From the NCBI GenBank assembly GCA_015490555.1, contig WFXO01000070.1:6606-70605 (forward strand): a DNA stretch of 64,000 nucleotides. Reading direction: 5' to 3'. Positions 1 through 9,719 of the stretch are shown here, in pieces. The notes below the pieces were generated by a model. It made no database searches. It saw only the letters and a program-made list of their open reading frames with translations, and was not told where the DNA came from. The first letter of the stretch is position 1, and every line of letters begins with the position of its first letter. This DNA comes from a candidate division WOR-3 bacterium. Its GTDB lineage: Bacteria > Hydrothermota > Hydrothermia > WGAB01. The translations under genes were made by a program, and so were the position numbers.

Positions 1-40
1 AACACATGCCGATTACCGCCCAGTTGACCATGGCCGGAAA

Positions 41-805
41 GTGGTACTGAGGAGGTGGACCATGGAACCTGTCACCTCCCCAACCGTTGAAGAGCACCTG
101 AAGGCGCTCCAGGCCCAACTGGATACCCTCTCCAAACAACTTGCGAACATCACGGAGTATGTCGAAGAGCAGCGCCGGCGCCAGCAGGAGAGAGACGAAC
201 TCAAGGAAGACCTCATCCCCATCATCAACGACCTCTACCTGCTCATGGTAGAGCAACTTGACGAGATTCAACGGCACGTCCAACTGGAAGACATCCTCCA
301 CTTCGGGAAACGCGTCCTGAGAAACATCAAGAACTTCGAGCACCTGATCGATCAGATCGAGAGCCTCCAGGACTTCTTGCGCGATGCGAGTCCCCTGGCC
401 CGAGATGCCTTCTTAACCCTCATGAAGCAACTGGATGACTTAGAACGCAAGGGCTACTTCGCATTCCTGAAAGAGGCGGTCCGGATCGTAGACAATATCA
501 TCACCCACTTCTCTCCGGAAGATGTCCGGCTCCTGGCCGACAACATTGTGACCATCCTCGAAACCATAAAGGAACTGACCCAGCCCGATGTCATGTACAT
601 GCTGCAGGAGTTCACGGAGACCTTCCGGGAGGTCAGCGAACGTCCTGAAGAAATTGATGTGTCAACCCGGACCATTTTGCGTCTTTTACGAGACCCCCAT
701 GTCCGTCGGGGGTTGGTGATTACCATGCAGACCCTCCGCCTGATTTCCTTAGGGCGGGGGCAGATCCGTAAGAAAAACGGCAACTCCAAAAATTCAAGGA
801 GGTGA
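41..805 (+). CDS. Hypothetical alpha-helical/coiled-coil protein, possibly DUF1641-like (sulfur-metabolism-associated)
   Basis: 254-aa ORF that is helical and charged. It sits immediately upstream of TusE/DsrC-like and DsrE-like genes and is read into them. The DUF1641 call rests on memory of that family's gene context, not on a search. Confidence 0.45.
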   Translation: MVLRRWTMEPVTSPTVEEHLKALQAQLDTLSKQLANITEYVEEQRRRQQERDELKEDLIPIINDLYLLMVEQLDEIQRHVQLEDILHFGKRVLRNIKNFEHLIDQIESLQDFLRDASPLARDAFLTLMKQLDDLERKGYFAFLKEAVRIVDNIITHFSPEDVRLLADNIVTILETIKELTQPDVMYMLQEFTETFREVSERPEEIDVSTRTILRLLRDPHVRRGLVITMQTLRLISLGRGQIRKKNGNSKNSRR

Positions 806-809
806 AACG

Positions 810-1124
810 ATGGCAACCAAAGTCATTGCAAACAAGGAAGTTGAAGTAGATGCCGAGGGATACCTCGTGAATCCCGAGGATTGGACCCCGGAGATCGCAA
901 AGGCGATCGCCGAGGAGATGGGAATCGAACTGACAGACCGGCACTGGGAGATCATCGAATTTGTCCGGAACTACTACAAAGAGAAGGGCACATCCCCGAC
1001 CCTTCGGCAGATCAGCAAGGGGGCGGGTGTACCGACCAAGGAACTGTTTCAACTCTTCCCAAAGGGCCCTGGCAAAAAGGTCGCTCGGATCGCCGGGGTT
1101 CCCAAGCCGGAAGGGTGCATCTAA
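810..1124 (+). CDS. TusE/DsrC-family sulfur relay protein
   Basis: 104 aa. The C-terminus 'GVPKPEGCI' carries the penultimate conserved Cys typical of TusE/DsrC. An RBS AAGGAGGTG lies 5 nt upstream, and the start is 4 nt after the upstream stop. Confidence 0.7.
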   Translation: MATKVIANKEVEVDAEGYLVNPEDWTPEIAKAIAEEMGIELTDRHWEIIEFVRNYYKEKGTSPTLRQISKGAGVPTKELFQLFPKGPGKKVARIAGVPKPEGCI

Positions 1125-1212
1125 CCCATGGCTCGCGGCCAGCAAGGTGTGATGTCTTTTCTCGGCTTAACATGGGAAGTCGCTGGCAGTGGGCCAGAAC
1201 AAGGAGGTCGCC

Positions 1213-1713
1213 ATGGCTGAAGAAACCCGGAAAATGGCTTTCATCTGCTCCAAGGGCAACCTGGATATGGCGTACCCGGCCCTGATCATGGGGTGGGCCG
1301 CCCTGGGCGAAGGCGTCGATGTCATCCTCTTTTTTACCTTCTGGGGCTTAGATCTCATCAATAAAAAACGGGTGGACCACCTCAAACTCCCGCCGGTCGG
1401 GAACGCCAGCATGAAGACCGGGATGATGGGCTTCCCCATCGACTTCGGCATTCCTCAAATCATGGGGATCCTGCCCGGCATGACCGCCGTCGCGACGTCC
1501 CTCATGAAGAAAAAGATGAAAGAACTGGAAGTCCCACCGGTTCGGGAAATGCTCGAAATGCTCCACGACGCCGGCGCAAAACTCTACGCGTGCAAGATGA
1601 CCGTGGACATGATGGGTTTGACCAAAGACGACTTCCTGGACGTCGTCGACGACATCGTCACCGCAAGCGAATTCATCGAGATGACCGAGGGGGCCCAGAT
1701 CGTCTTCATCTAA
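1213..1713 (+). CDS. DsrE/DsrF-like (COG2210 peroxiredoxin-family) sulfur-trafficking protein
   Basis: Motif 'AFICSKGNLDMAYPALIMGWAALGEGVDVILFFTFWGL', with the Cys near the N-terminus as in DsrE-family proteins. The start is taken at the ATG at 1213 because AAGGAGG lies 5 nt upstream; the ORF track begins at 1189. Confidence 0.65.
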   Translation: MAEETRKMAFICSKGNLDMAYPALIMGWAALGEGVDVILFFTFWGLDLINKKRVDHLKLPPVGNASMKTGMMGFPIDFGIPQIMGILPGMTAVATSLMKKKMKELEVPPVREMLEMLHDAGAKLYACKMTVDMMGLTKDDFLDVVDDIVTASEFIEMTEGAQIVFI

Positions 1714-1763
1714 CGGCTTACGCCCTCAGGGTTTCCCAGGTCAGGAGGGGGTGGTGGCTTCTG

Positions 1764-4670
1764 TCATCCGTCTGAATTCCCCAATTTCAAAACCTTTGCC
1801 TTCAGGGGCTTCGAGGGTCCGACCTTCAGGTGAATCACATATACCCCGGCCTTGAGCGGCTGGAGATCCAGAAGCCATCGGCTCCCCCCATGGATTCCGG
1901 GATCCCAGATCCTCGTCATCACCCGTCGGCCTGTGACATCAAAGACCTGGAGGAGATAGGATCCGGGCCCGGGAGGGGTCCATTGGAGCCAGACCCATCG
2001 GGTGGTGACCGTCGGCCAGACCCGCCAGCGTGCCGGCGCCTTCCGGGGAGCCCCTTCCGATACGGCATAGCCTTCGCCATTGGAATAGGCGGCGATCATG
2101 CCATTCCGGGTCCCGGCCAGCACATCCATCGTGGCGTTTCCATCAATGGAGGAGATGCCATAGACCACCTCCACCGGTCCGGACATCGGGTTGCTCCAGA
2201 TTTCGGAACCATCAGCGCCGGAGACGACCATCAGCCGATTCGTGGTATAGCCTGTCCCCACCGCAATTTCCGGGACCCCATCCCCCGAAAGATCGGCCAG
2301 GGGCGCAACGGAGAAGACCATATCCGGCATGGTGGCGACCCAGTTAAAGGTCCCGGCCCGCGGATCGATGTTGTACAGCGCGGGCACTGTACCCGCCGGT
2401 AGGAGTTCCGGAGTCCCGTCTCCATTCATGTCTTCCATGGGCACGAGTTCCACCACGATGCTCCCGACGTTCAACGCGTGCAAAATTGCTCCGTTGGAGC
2501 CGCTGAGTACCACCACGTAGCCATACGTTCCGGCGGCCAGATCGGGGATGCCGTCGTCATTCACATCCCCCACCGGCACGACGGTCCACCCGGCGCCATA
2601 CGAGGCCAGCGATTGTTGCCAGATCTGGGTTCCGTTAGCGCCGTCTACCAGGATCACGTTGTACGACGATGGGGAGCCGTCAGCGGTCGCCATCGCCACC
2701 TCCGGGATGCCATCGCCATTCACGTCGCCGATGGCGCGGATCCCGAGCACCGCATAGCCGGCCGGGGCCTCCCAGATCTTTGCGCCCGTCGCACCATTGA
2801 AACAATAGCCCCGTTTGGGACCCGTGCCATAGGAATCGTCGCCCGCACCGGCCAGGATCTCCGGGATGCCATCGCCGGTCAAGTCCACAAACTCGGCCAC
2901 CTCATAGACCCAGCCGCCTTCGCCGTACTCATGCGTGTCGTACTGCCAGATCAGCGTACCCGTTTTGCCGGAGATGACCCGAACCTGACGCCCGCCCCAC
3001 ACCGTTGCCAAGGCGATGTCCTGAACGCCATCTCCGTCCACATCCGGGATCACAATCATCCCCCGTTCCACGTAGGGCGGGGAGGTCGGGAACTTCCAGA
3101 GCACATCACCCGTTAAATACGCATTGCCATTCAGACAATAGAGCGTGTCGTTCTCGGAGACCGCCAGGACTTCAGGGACACTGTCTCCATTGAGGTCCTG
3201 GAGGGTCTTTAGCGACCGAATGTGTTCCCAGATGTCTCCCTGGACCACATGGAGCCAGAAGAGGCCGCCTTCAGGCACCGGCGTCGGGTCTCCGCTCCCT
3301 TCCAGGTATACCCATCGGACCGGCTCGTCTGGATCGTTCGAAAAGATGCCCACCGCCGCCTCGGCGAGGCCACTATCCGGGGCCCAGAACCAGACCGGGA
3401 TCCGTGCGGTGTCCATCGGCCAGACGGTGATCGGAAATTCGTAGGGCTCAATGTAGAAGGTCCCTTGACAGTCGATGACGGGGATGTCCACGATCGCCGA
3501 GTCCAGGATCAGTGGATCGCTCCCGATGTTCACTACAGGGAGCCACCACCGGGTCAAAGCCCGAGCCCGCACGCTGCCATAGTCGTGGAGGGTATCCGGG
3601 AGTTCAATTTCAGGTCCCTGAAGAACGCCCGTGCCCTGAACACTGATGGGAATCACGGGCTGTACGGGATCATTCGAGTACACCGTCAGGGTCGCCTGAT
3701 CGGGGCCCGTAGCCAGGGGAACGAAGACGATGGGGATTTCCCCGGCACTGGCGGGGTCAATCGTGACCGGGAAAGAAGTGCCGGCATGGAATGCTGGATT
3801 CGTAGTGGAGAGACTGTCGATGGTCAAGGGGGCGGAGCCCTGGTTATAGACCGGGAGATTCCAGGTTGAGGAGTCGCCCACCGGGACATTCCCGAAGTCG
3901 TACTGGGTCAACGGCAAAAAGATTTCTGGATAGCCCGTGCCATAAGGGTCGATGCGATAGAGGGTCATGCCCGGCCCGTTCTCGGTCTCCGCAATAAGCC
4001 ACAGGGCTTCGCCATCCCAGGTGAGGTCCCGGGGACGGGTGGTAGGGACCGGGAACGAAAGCAGGGTATCCCCGGTTTGGGGATCGAGTTTCCAGACTCG
4101 TTCCGGGTCGCCATCGTTGTCATCCATGACATTCCAGAGCGCCTGGCCGTCCCACGCGAGGCCATGGGGCTGTGTGCCTTGCGCTGGCAATGTGTCCACC
4201 GCCTGGTGGGTCGTAACATCCACACGATAGAGATTGAGTGGGTCGTTGGGATAGTAGATCGAGACCCAGAGGTACTGGCCGTCCCAGGTCAGTCCACCGA
4301 TGTAGTCTCCGGCGGCGAAGTCCAGGGCATGGATAGAGTCGACTTTCTGACCGTCGAGGGTCAGTTTGTAGATATAGGGCGAGGTCCAGCGATATGAGGC
4401 GTACCAAAGGTACGTGCCATCAAAAGCAAGGCCGTGATTCGAATCGTTCGGGCCGGGGAAGGAATCCAGCACCGTGCCATCCGTGGTATCCACCACGTAA
4501 ACCCAGCCCAAAAGGTCGTCCGCCACATACAAATGGCCGTTCACGAAGGTCAAGCCCCACGCATAGTAGCCTTGATCCGGCCCTGGGCATGGCAAGGTCT
4601 TGAGAATGGTCTCCGCCGAGCCCAGGCCGACCCATCCCCACAGAACCCCGAGCCAAAGCCATCGTTTCAT
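1764..4670 (-). CDS. Large secreted beta-propeller/FG-GAP-like repeat protein with T9SS C-terminal sorting domain
   Basis: 968 aa with an N-terminal signal peptide (MKRWLWLGVLWGWVGLGSA). Repeats of 'DGIPE/DGVPE...GDxNGDG' resemble FG-GAP/VCBS. The C-terminus '...LLQVFDVTGRRVMT...GVYVIHLKV...' is Por/T9SS CTD-like. RBS GAGGAGG upstream. Confidence 0.6.
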   Translation of the reverse strand: MKRWLWLGVLWGWVGLGSAETILKTLPCPGPDQGYYAWGLTFVNGHLYVADDLLGWVYVVDTTDGTVLDSFPGPNDSNHGLAFDGTYLWYASYRWTSPYIYKLTLDGQKVDSIHALDFAAGDYIGGLTWDGQYLWVSIYYPNDPLNLYRVDVTTHQAVDTLPAQGTQPHGLAWDGQALWNVMDDNDGDPERVWKLDPQTGDTLLSFPVPTTRPRDLTWDGEALWLIAETENGPGMTLYRIDPYGTGYPEIFLPLTQYDFGNVPVGDSSTWNLPVYNQGSAPLTIDSLSTTNPAFHAGTSFPVTIDPASAGEIPIVFVPLATGPDQATLTVYSNDPVQPVIPISVQGTGVLQGPEIELPDTLHDYGSVRARALTRWWLPVVNIGSDPLILDSAIVDIPVIDCQGTFYIEPYEFPITVWPMDTARIPVWFWAPDSGLAEAAVGIFSNDPDEPVRWVYLEGSGDPTPVPEGGLFWLHVVQGDIWEHIRSLKTLQDLNGDSVPEVLAVSENDTLYCLNGNAYLTGDVLWKFPTSPPYVERGMIVIPDVDGDGVQDIALATVWGGRQVRVISGKTGTLIWQYDTHEYGEGGWVYEVAEFVDLTGDGIPEILAGAGDDSYGTGPKRGYCFNGATGAKIWEAPAGYAVLGIRAIGDVNGDGIPEVAMATADGSPSSYNVILVDGANGTQIWQQSLASYGAGWTVVPVGDVNDDGIPDLAAGTYGYVVVLSGSNGAILHALNVGSIVVELVPMEDMNGDGTPELLPAGTVPALYNIDPRAGTFNWVATMPDMVFSVAPLADLSGDGVPEIAVGTGYTTNRLMVVSGADGSEIWSNPMSGPVEVVYGISSIDGNATMDVLAGTRNGMIAAYSNGEGYAVSEGAPRKAPARWRVWPTVTTRWVWLQWTPPGPGSYLLQVFDVTGRRVMTRIWDPGIHGGSRWLLDLQPLKAGVYVIHLKVGPSKPLKAKVLKLGNSDG

Positions 4671-5764
4671 GATGAAACCTCCTCATCCGAGAACAACTGT
4701 CCCAACTTCCTCAACGCTTGAAGTTTTTCGCGGTGTCCCAACTTGGCGAGCCGGATCGCCCGCTCGACCACATCAATGGATCGTTCATAGACCCTGCGGT
4801 TGACAGGGTAAGGATAGCCGTCTTTGCCTCCATGCGCAAAGGCATAGACCGCAGGGTCCTGATAGGAAGGCGTGGCGCCGTAAATGATGTCCGAGACGAG
4901 GGCCAGAGCCCGGATGGTTTTGGGCCCCACACCTTGAAGGCCCAACAACTCCTCAAAGGAAGCCGGAGCCCGCTCATAGGTCCGCAGCAGGATCTTTTTC
5001 AAAGACTCTGGCCGAAGGTCCTGGACCCAGAGTTCGTGCCGGCGCGGCAGTCGGAGGTGACGAAGTCGCTCCATGTCACGGATCGTCTGCTCCGGTCGCT
5101 CACGGACAAGGTCCACCATGACCTCCTGGGTCGCTACGCTCTCTTTGGCCGTCAGATCCAGGACCCTGGACTCTCGCCGCTGCGCTGCGATCCCGGTATG
5201 GGGCTCCACAACAAAGGATTGGAGATGCTCGCTGGACCAGTGATAGCGACGGGCATACCGGCGGACCGGGTTCATGCCCTGCTGGATCACCACCCATTGG
5301 CCATCCTGTGTGAAAATCAAGACATGGTGGTAGATCTGGTAGCCATCCTGGAGGGCGGCGGAATCGACCTTGGCGGTCATCCGACTTGCATAGATCAGTG
5401 GATCGGGATGGATGCCGGTCCGGTCTGCGATCCTGCGGATCTGGTCTGGGGTCTTCCGGGAGGTCCGGCCTTTGCCGCCAGCCACATAGAGGCCAAGATC
5501 TCGGTCTTTGAGGGCCTCTTTGATGGCGCCGGTGGTGGTCGTGGTCAGGCCTGAGGAGTGCCAATCAAAGCCCAGAAGCGCCCCGAAGGCCTGGAACCAA
5601 AAGGGGTCCTGGAGCCTTCGAAGGACTTCCTGGGGGCCGAGTTCGACCACGATGGCCTCCAGGATGGCGCCGGCCAGACGAACCATCCGGTCAAAGAGCC
5701 ACCGCGGGGCGCGCCCGCCATGGAGCGGCAAATCTGCGGTGCCCGTCCGTTGCATGACACGCAA
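4667..5764 (-). CDS. DUF763-family protein (archaeal-type conserved hypothetical)
   Basis: 365-aa ORF. I recall 'DWHSSGLTTTTTGAIKEA' and the overall pattern as DUF763. Its stop overlaps the start of the downstream T9SS cargo gene by 4 nt. Confidence 0.45.
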   Translation of the reverse strand: MRVMQRTGTADLPLHGGRAPRWLFDRMVRLAGAILEAIVVELGPQEVLRRLQDPFWFQAFGALLGFDWHSSGLTTTTTGAIKEALKDRDLGLYVAGGKGRTSRKTPDQIRRIADRTGIHPDPLIYASRMTAKVDSAALQDGYQIYHHVLIFTQDGQWVVIQQGMNPVRRYARRYHWSSEHLQSFVVEPHTGIAAQRRESRVLDLTAKESVATQEVMVDLVRERPEQTIRDMERLRHLRLPRRHELWVQDLRPESLKKILLRTYERAPASFEELLGLQGVGPKTIRALALVSDIIYGATPSYQDPAVYAFAHGGKDGYPYPVNRRVYERSIDVVERAIRLAKLGHREKLQALRKLGQLFSDEEVSS

Positions 5765-5857
5765 AATATACGCCGCCCCTCTCCCAAAGACAACGGAGGC
5801 TCATGCTTCGCATGGACCCGCATTGTAGGACATGGACCGGCTTGATCCCATCCCCTG

Positions 5858-7075
5858 CTATGGTCGAATGACCTCATAAAAAATCTCTGCATTGTGATCA
5901 AAATCTCCCCCAACACTCTGAGACCATACAATGTGGATATTCCCATGGGGATCCACTGCTGCATCATAGGTATACGGTGGCCATCCACCATACCCCTCCG
6001 CGCTGATCTCGTCAATTAAAATCCATCCTCCAGAATCCTTCTGATAAATCTTGATTTTCCCATCGAGTACCGCATCGATAAAAAACCCGAAGAGGACGCC
6101 TTGATTCCATAAAAACCTCAAATGCGACACCTCCCCTCGATAAGGAAGGGAATCCAGTGGGGAAATGTTGGTATCCGAGATGAAAACATAATATCCAATG
6201 GCTCTGCCTATGGTGAAATCTCCGTTGACCTCTACCCAACTAACCAACACAGAATCGTGTCCATAGGGAGTGACCCCGGCATAAACAGACGGAATCCATC
6301 GACTCTCCGATACATTCACCGGCTCTGACCACTCACCTGTGGGAGAACGATGTACATATGCTATATCGTCGCCTCCTCCTTGCTCGAACACCACATGAAC
6401 ACCACCCCCAAAGTCCACAGCAATTGATGGGTTAAGGATATAAGTAGGCAACTCCTCCGTTATGCTCCATGTTCCATCTGACATTTTTTGCTTATATTTA
6501 CCCTTAAGTCCATCATTCCATATCACATGCACTGTCCCAGTTGGATCAACGGCAATACGGGGTTGCTCCGCAGTCCCTGTATTCGTTAGTACCTTCACAT
6601 CTGACCACTCTCCTGATGGTGTCCTCATCCGATAGTGTATCTCTGAATGCCAGATATTGGGATCAGGAAGAATCGGTTCCCAGACAAGGTGAACATTGCC
6701 AAAGGGGTCCGCTGCGATTTGCGGTGCCCACGCATCTTCTGTGGTATCGGTTAATATCTCAATCTCACTCCACTCCCCTCCCGGCGGCTTGTAACGGAAA
6801 TACAGCCGGGAAAATTCAAACTCATTCTGCCCTCCGTCCATCCAGACCACATACACCGTTCCATCGGGCCCCAAAGCAATGCTCGGTCCCACCGAATAGG
6901 TATCATTCCTCGAGATATTCCTTGGATCGTACTCCTGGGGTGGGGGATTGTGGTCCGAGGAACTCGGGTTCTTCCTACAGGCCGAGGGAAGAAGCAAAAG
7001 AAATAGGAACAGCAGGATCTGGAGGATGTGCCGATGATGGAGATATGGGCCTTTCCAGGTACTTACCCTATGCAT
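5858..7075 (-). CDS. Beta-propeller lipoprotein (BNR/sialidase-like repeats), hypothetical
   Basis: Repeated blades of the form 'G(T)VHVVW...GEWS'. The start is taken at internal ATG 7075, which gives a signal/lipobox 'LLFLFLLLLPSAC'; the ORF track extends to 7207. Confidence 0.5.
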   Translation of the reverse strand: MHRVSTWKGPYLHHRHILQILLFLFLLLLPSACRKNPSSSDHNPPPQEYDPRNISRNDTYSVGPSIALGPDGTVYVVWMDGGQNEFEFSRLYFRYKPPGGEWSEIEILTDTTEDAWAPQIAADPFGNVHLVWEPILPDPNIWHSEIHYRMRTPSGEWSDVKVLTNTGTAEQPRIAVDPTGTVHVIWNDGLKGKYKQKMSDGTWSITEELPTYILNPSIAVDFGGGVHVVFEQGGGDDIAYVHRSPTGEWSEPVNVSESRWIPSVYAGVTPYGHDSVLVSWVEVNGDFTIGRAIGYYVFISDTNISPLDSLPYRGEVSHLRFLWNQGVLFGFFIDAVLDGKIKIYQKDSGGWILIDEISAEGYGGWPPYTYDAAVDPHGNIHIVWSQSVGGDFDHNAEIFYEVIRP

Positions 7076-7458
7076 CGATCTTCCCTCCGATGACTCTGTA
7101 ATGCAAGGGTTTTGAACTTCCAATCTCTGTCTCGCTTCCCGGGCCTTTCTCGCTCCACGAGAGAGTGGGGAAGGTCTGGGGAAACGGCGGCACGGGAATG
7201 GCTGCATAAGGACGACCAGGACTTTGGCAAAAGGTCCCTCGAGGGCATGTGTGTGCGCAAAGTTTGTCTATTGTTCAAGACAACCCCCTTAGCCACACAA
7301 AGATTATATGCCCACCTCGATCCAGTGACGGGGTGTAAAGATCCGCGCCGGGTTTCCAAAACAGCCAAGGAAACACTTCATGGAAACGAAAAGCCATAGG
7401 GTTTCTTTGTGCCACACATTCGTTTCTATCCGTCGCGTAAGAAATCGGATAGGGGTCG

Positions 7459-7464
7459 TATAAT
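7459..7464 (+). promoter_or_regulatory. Candidate -10 element (TATAAT) for apgM
   Basis: A perfect TATAAT lies 26 nt upstream of the GTG start at 7491, with a purine-rich RBS (AAAAGGGGAGG) between them. No good -35 was seen. Confidence 0.3.
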
Positions 7465-7490
7465 TTAGGCCTGAAAAGGGGAGGCTTGCC

Positions 7491-8696
7491 GTGAATCTCA
7501 TCCGGGGATTGTTGAAGGAAGAGCGGACCAAAATTGTGTTATGGGTCTTGGATGGCCTGGGCGGGGTCCCCCATCCTGAGCACGGGAATCGGACGGAACT
7601 GGAAGCCGCACATACACCAAACTTCGACCGCCTTGCCGCCGAAAGTGCCGTGGGCCTGAGTATCCCGGTCCGGCCGGGCATCACCCCGGGCTCCGGACCC
7701 GCCCACCTGGCCCTCTTCGGCTACGATCCGGAACGGGTCCAGATCGGGCGTGGGGTCCTGGAGGCCTACGGGATCGGCTTGACCCTGGAGAACGGCGATG
7801 TGGCGGCCCGGGGCAACTTCGCAACCTTGGATCCGGAAGGCCGGGTCGCCGATCGCCGCGCGGGTCGGATCTCCTCAGAGGAATGCGTCCGGCTGGTTCA
7901 AAAACTTCAGGAGGCGATCCCGTCGGTCGAAGGGGTCCAGGTGATCCTGAAGCCGGGGAAGGAGCACCGGTTCGTCGTCATCTTCCGGGGCGAAGGGCTG
8001 GGCGACAAACTGCCAGATACAGACCCTCAAAAAGAAGGACTGTTTCCCGTCGAGCCGCGGGGAGGCGATTTCCCTTCCCGGTTTACCGCACGGGTTGTAA
8101 AGGCGTTCCTGCAGCGCGCCCGAGAGGTCCTGCGGGATGAGCCCCGCGCCAATGGGATCCTGCTTCGGGGCTTCTCGTCGATTCCCAATGTTCAGCCTTT
8201 TCCGGGGCGGTACCGGCTGCACCCCCTGGCCCTGGCCTCCTACCCGATGTATCGGGGCATCACCCGGATCCTCGGCATGGATACCCCGATGGATCTCCAG
8301 ACCTTTGACGATGAACTCCGGCTCCTCAAGCAGGAATACGAGCGCTACGACTTCTTCTACATCCACTTCAAAGACCCAGACAAGGCCGGGGAAGATGGAG
8401 ACTTTGAGAAGAAGGTCGAACGCTTGGAAGAGGCCGACCGCCGACTCCCGGAAATCCTGGATCTGGAGCCGGATGTCTTGGTGATCACGGGGGACCATGC
8501 GACACCGACCTTGCTCAAAAGCCATTCCTGGCATCCTGTGCCCCTCCTGATCCACTCCAGGGTCTCCGGACGGGATCGAGTGTCGGGATTTAACGAGGCG
8601 GAGTGCCGCAGGGGCTCCTTGGGCATCTTACGTGCGGTCGAGATCATGCCCCTGATTCTTGCCAACGCCAAACGCCTCAAAAAGTTTGGGGCATAG
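7491..8696 (+). CDS. apgM: 2,3-bisphosphoglycerate-independent phosphoglycerate mutase, archaeal type (ApgM)
   Basis: 401 aa, 'VLWVLDGLGG...' N-terminus and the overall pattern of the COG3635 family. GTG start. Confidence 0.75.
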   Translation: MNLIRGLLKEERTKIVLWVLDGLGGVPHPEHGNRTELEAAHTPNFDRLAAESAVGLSIPVRPGITPGSGPAHLALFGYDPERVQIGRGVLEAYGIGLTLENGDVAARGNFATLDPEGRVADRRAGRISSEECVRLVQKLQEAIPSVEGVQVILKPGKEHRFVVIFRGEGLGDKLPDTDPQKEGLFPVEPRGGDFPSRFTARVVKAFLQRAREVLRDEPRANGILLRGFSSIPNVQPFPGRYRLHPLALASYPMYRGITRILGMDTPMDLQTFDDELRLLKQEYERYDFFYIHFKDPDKAGEDGDFEKKVERLEEADRRLPEILDLEPDVLVITGDHATPTLLKSHSWHPVPLLIHSRVSGRDRVSGFNEAECRRGSLGILRAVEIMPLILANAKRLKKFGA

Positions 8697-8714
8697 CAAG
8701 TACAGGAAGGAGCA

Positions 8715-9719
8715 ATGACTATGGTTCGAATGTGGATCGCTGCCCTCCGCGTCATCCCCCAGGTAAAGCCCGAGGAGTGGCAGACTTTTGATCTCTTGAC
8801 CCGTTGGCTCATCAGCACCCGGGCCGCCGTCTTTGTGATGACCTTTGTGTCGGCCACCATCGGCGGCCTGTTCGCTGCCTACCACGGCCAATTCCATCTC
8901 GGGCTCTATCTTTTGACCACCCTCGGACTCATCCTTGCGCATGGAGCCAGTAACCTGTTCAACGACCTCTTTGACTACAAACTCGGCTTAGACGAAGCCA
9001 ACTATTTCCGGGCGCAATACGGCCCTCAGCCTTTGGTCGCGGGATTGCTCTCGGAACGGGCGTTGCTCCGCTATGCGGCGGTCACGCTGGCGCTGGCCGC
9101 GGCGATCGGCGCCTATCTCACATGGGTGCGCGGTCCCCTGGTGTTCGTCCTCGCCGCCTCGGGGCTTGCCGCCATCCTGGGCTATTCCTTTTCCAAGCGG
9201 ATCGCCCTCGGGGAGCCCCTGGTGATCGTGGTGTGGGGCCCCTTGATGGTCGCCGGCTCCTACTTCGTCATCACCGGACATTGGCGGTGGGAGGTCTTCT
9301 GGGCAGGCCTCGTGTACGCGCTCGGCCCCACGAGCGTCCTCTTCGGCAAACACATTGACAAGTTTGACGATGACCGTCAGCGGGGCATCCGGACCCTGCC
9401 GATTCTCCTGGGCAAGGACCGTGCACGGCGGTGGGCCAAGGGCCTGATGCTGTCCATGTACCTCGGGGTCGGCCTGTTGGTCGCCCTCAGGATCCTGCCG
9501 TGGCCGACCTTGCTGGTCGTGCTGGCGTGGCGAGAGTTCCGAGCGGCCTGGAAGATCTTCAGTCAGGAAAAACCGAAGGCGCCTCCTGCAGACTATCCCC
9601 CGGAATCCTGGCCACTGTGGTATGTCGCCTATGCCTTTGTCCACAACCGCCGGTTCGGGTTCCTGTTTGTTGGAGGGCTGTTGCTTGGAGTGATCCTGCG
9701 GTTCTGGGGCCTGGCCTAA
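8715..9719 (+). CDS. UbiA-family aromatic prenyltransferase (MenA-like)
   Basis: Polytopic membrane protein with an 'NDLFDYKLGLD' Asp-rich motif (NDxxDxxxD type) and a second 'DKFDDDRQRGIRTLP' motif. RBS AGGAAGGAG upstream. Confidence 0.7.
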   Translation: MTMVRMWIAALRVIPQVKPEEWQTFDLLTRWLISTRAAVFVMTFVSATIGGLFAAYHGQFHLGLYLLTTLGLILAHGASNLFNDLFDYKLGLDEANYFRAQYGPQPLVAGLLSERALLRYAAVTLALAAAIGAYLTWVRGPLVFVLAASGLAAILGYSFSKRIALGEPLVIVVWGPLMVAGSYFVITGHWRWEVFWAGLVYALGPTSVLFGKHIDKFDDDRQRGIRTLPILLGKDRARRWAKGLMLSMYLGVGLLVALRILPWPTLLVVLAWREFRAAWKIFSQEKPKAPPADYPPESWPLWYVAYAFVHNRRFGFLFVGGLLLGVILRFWGLA

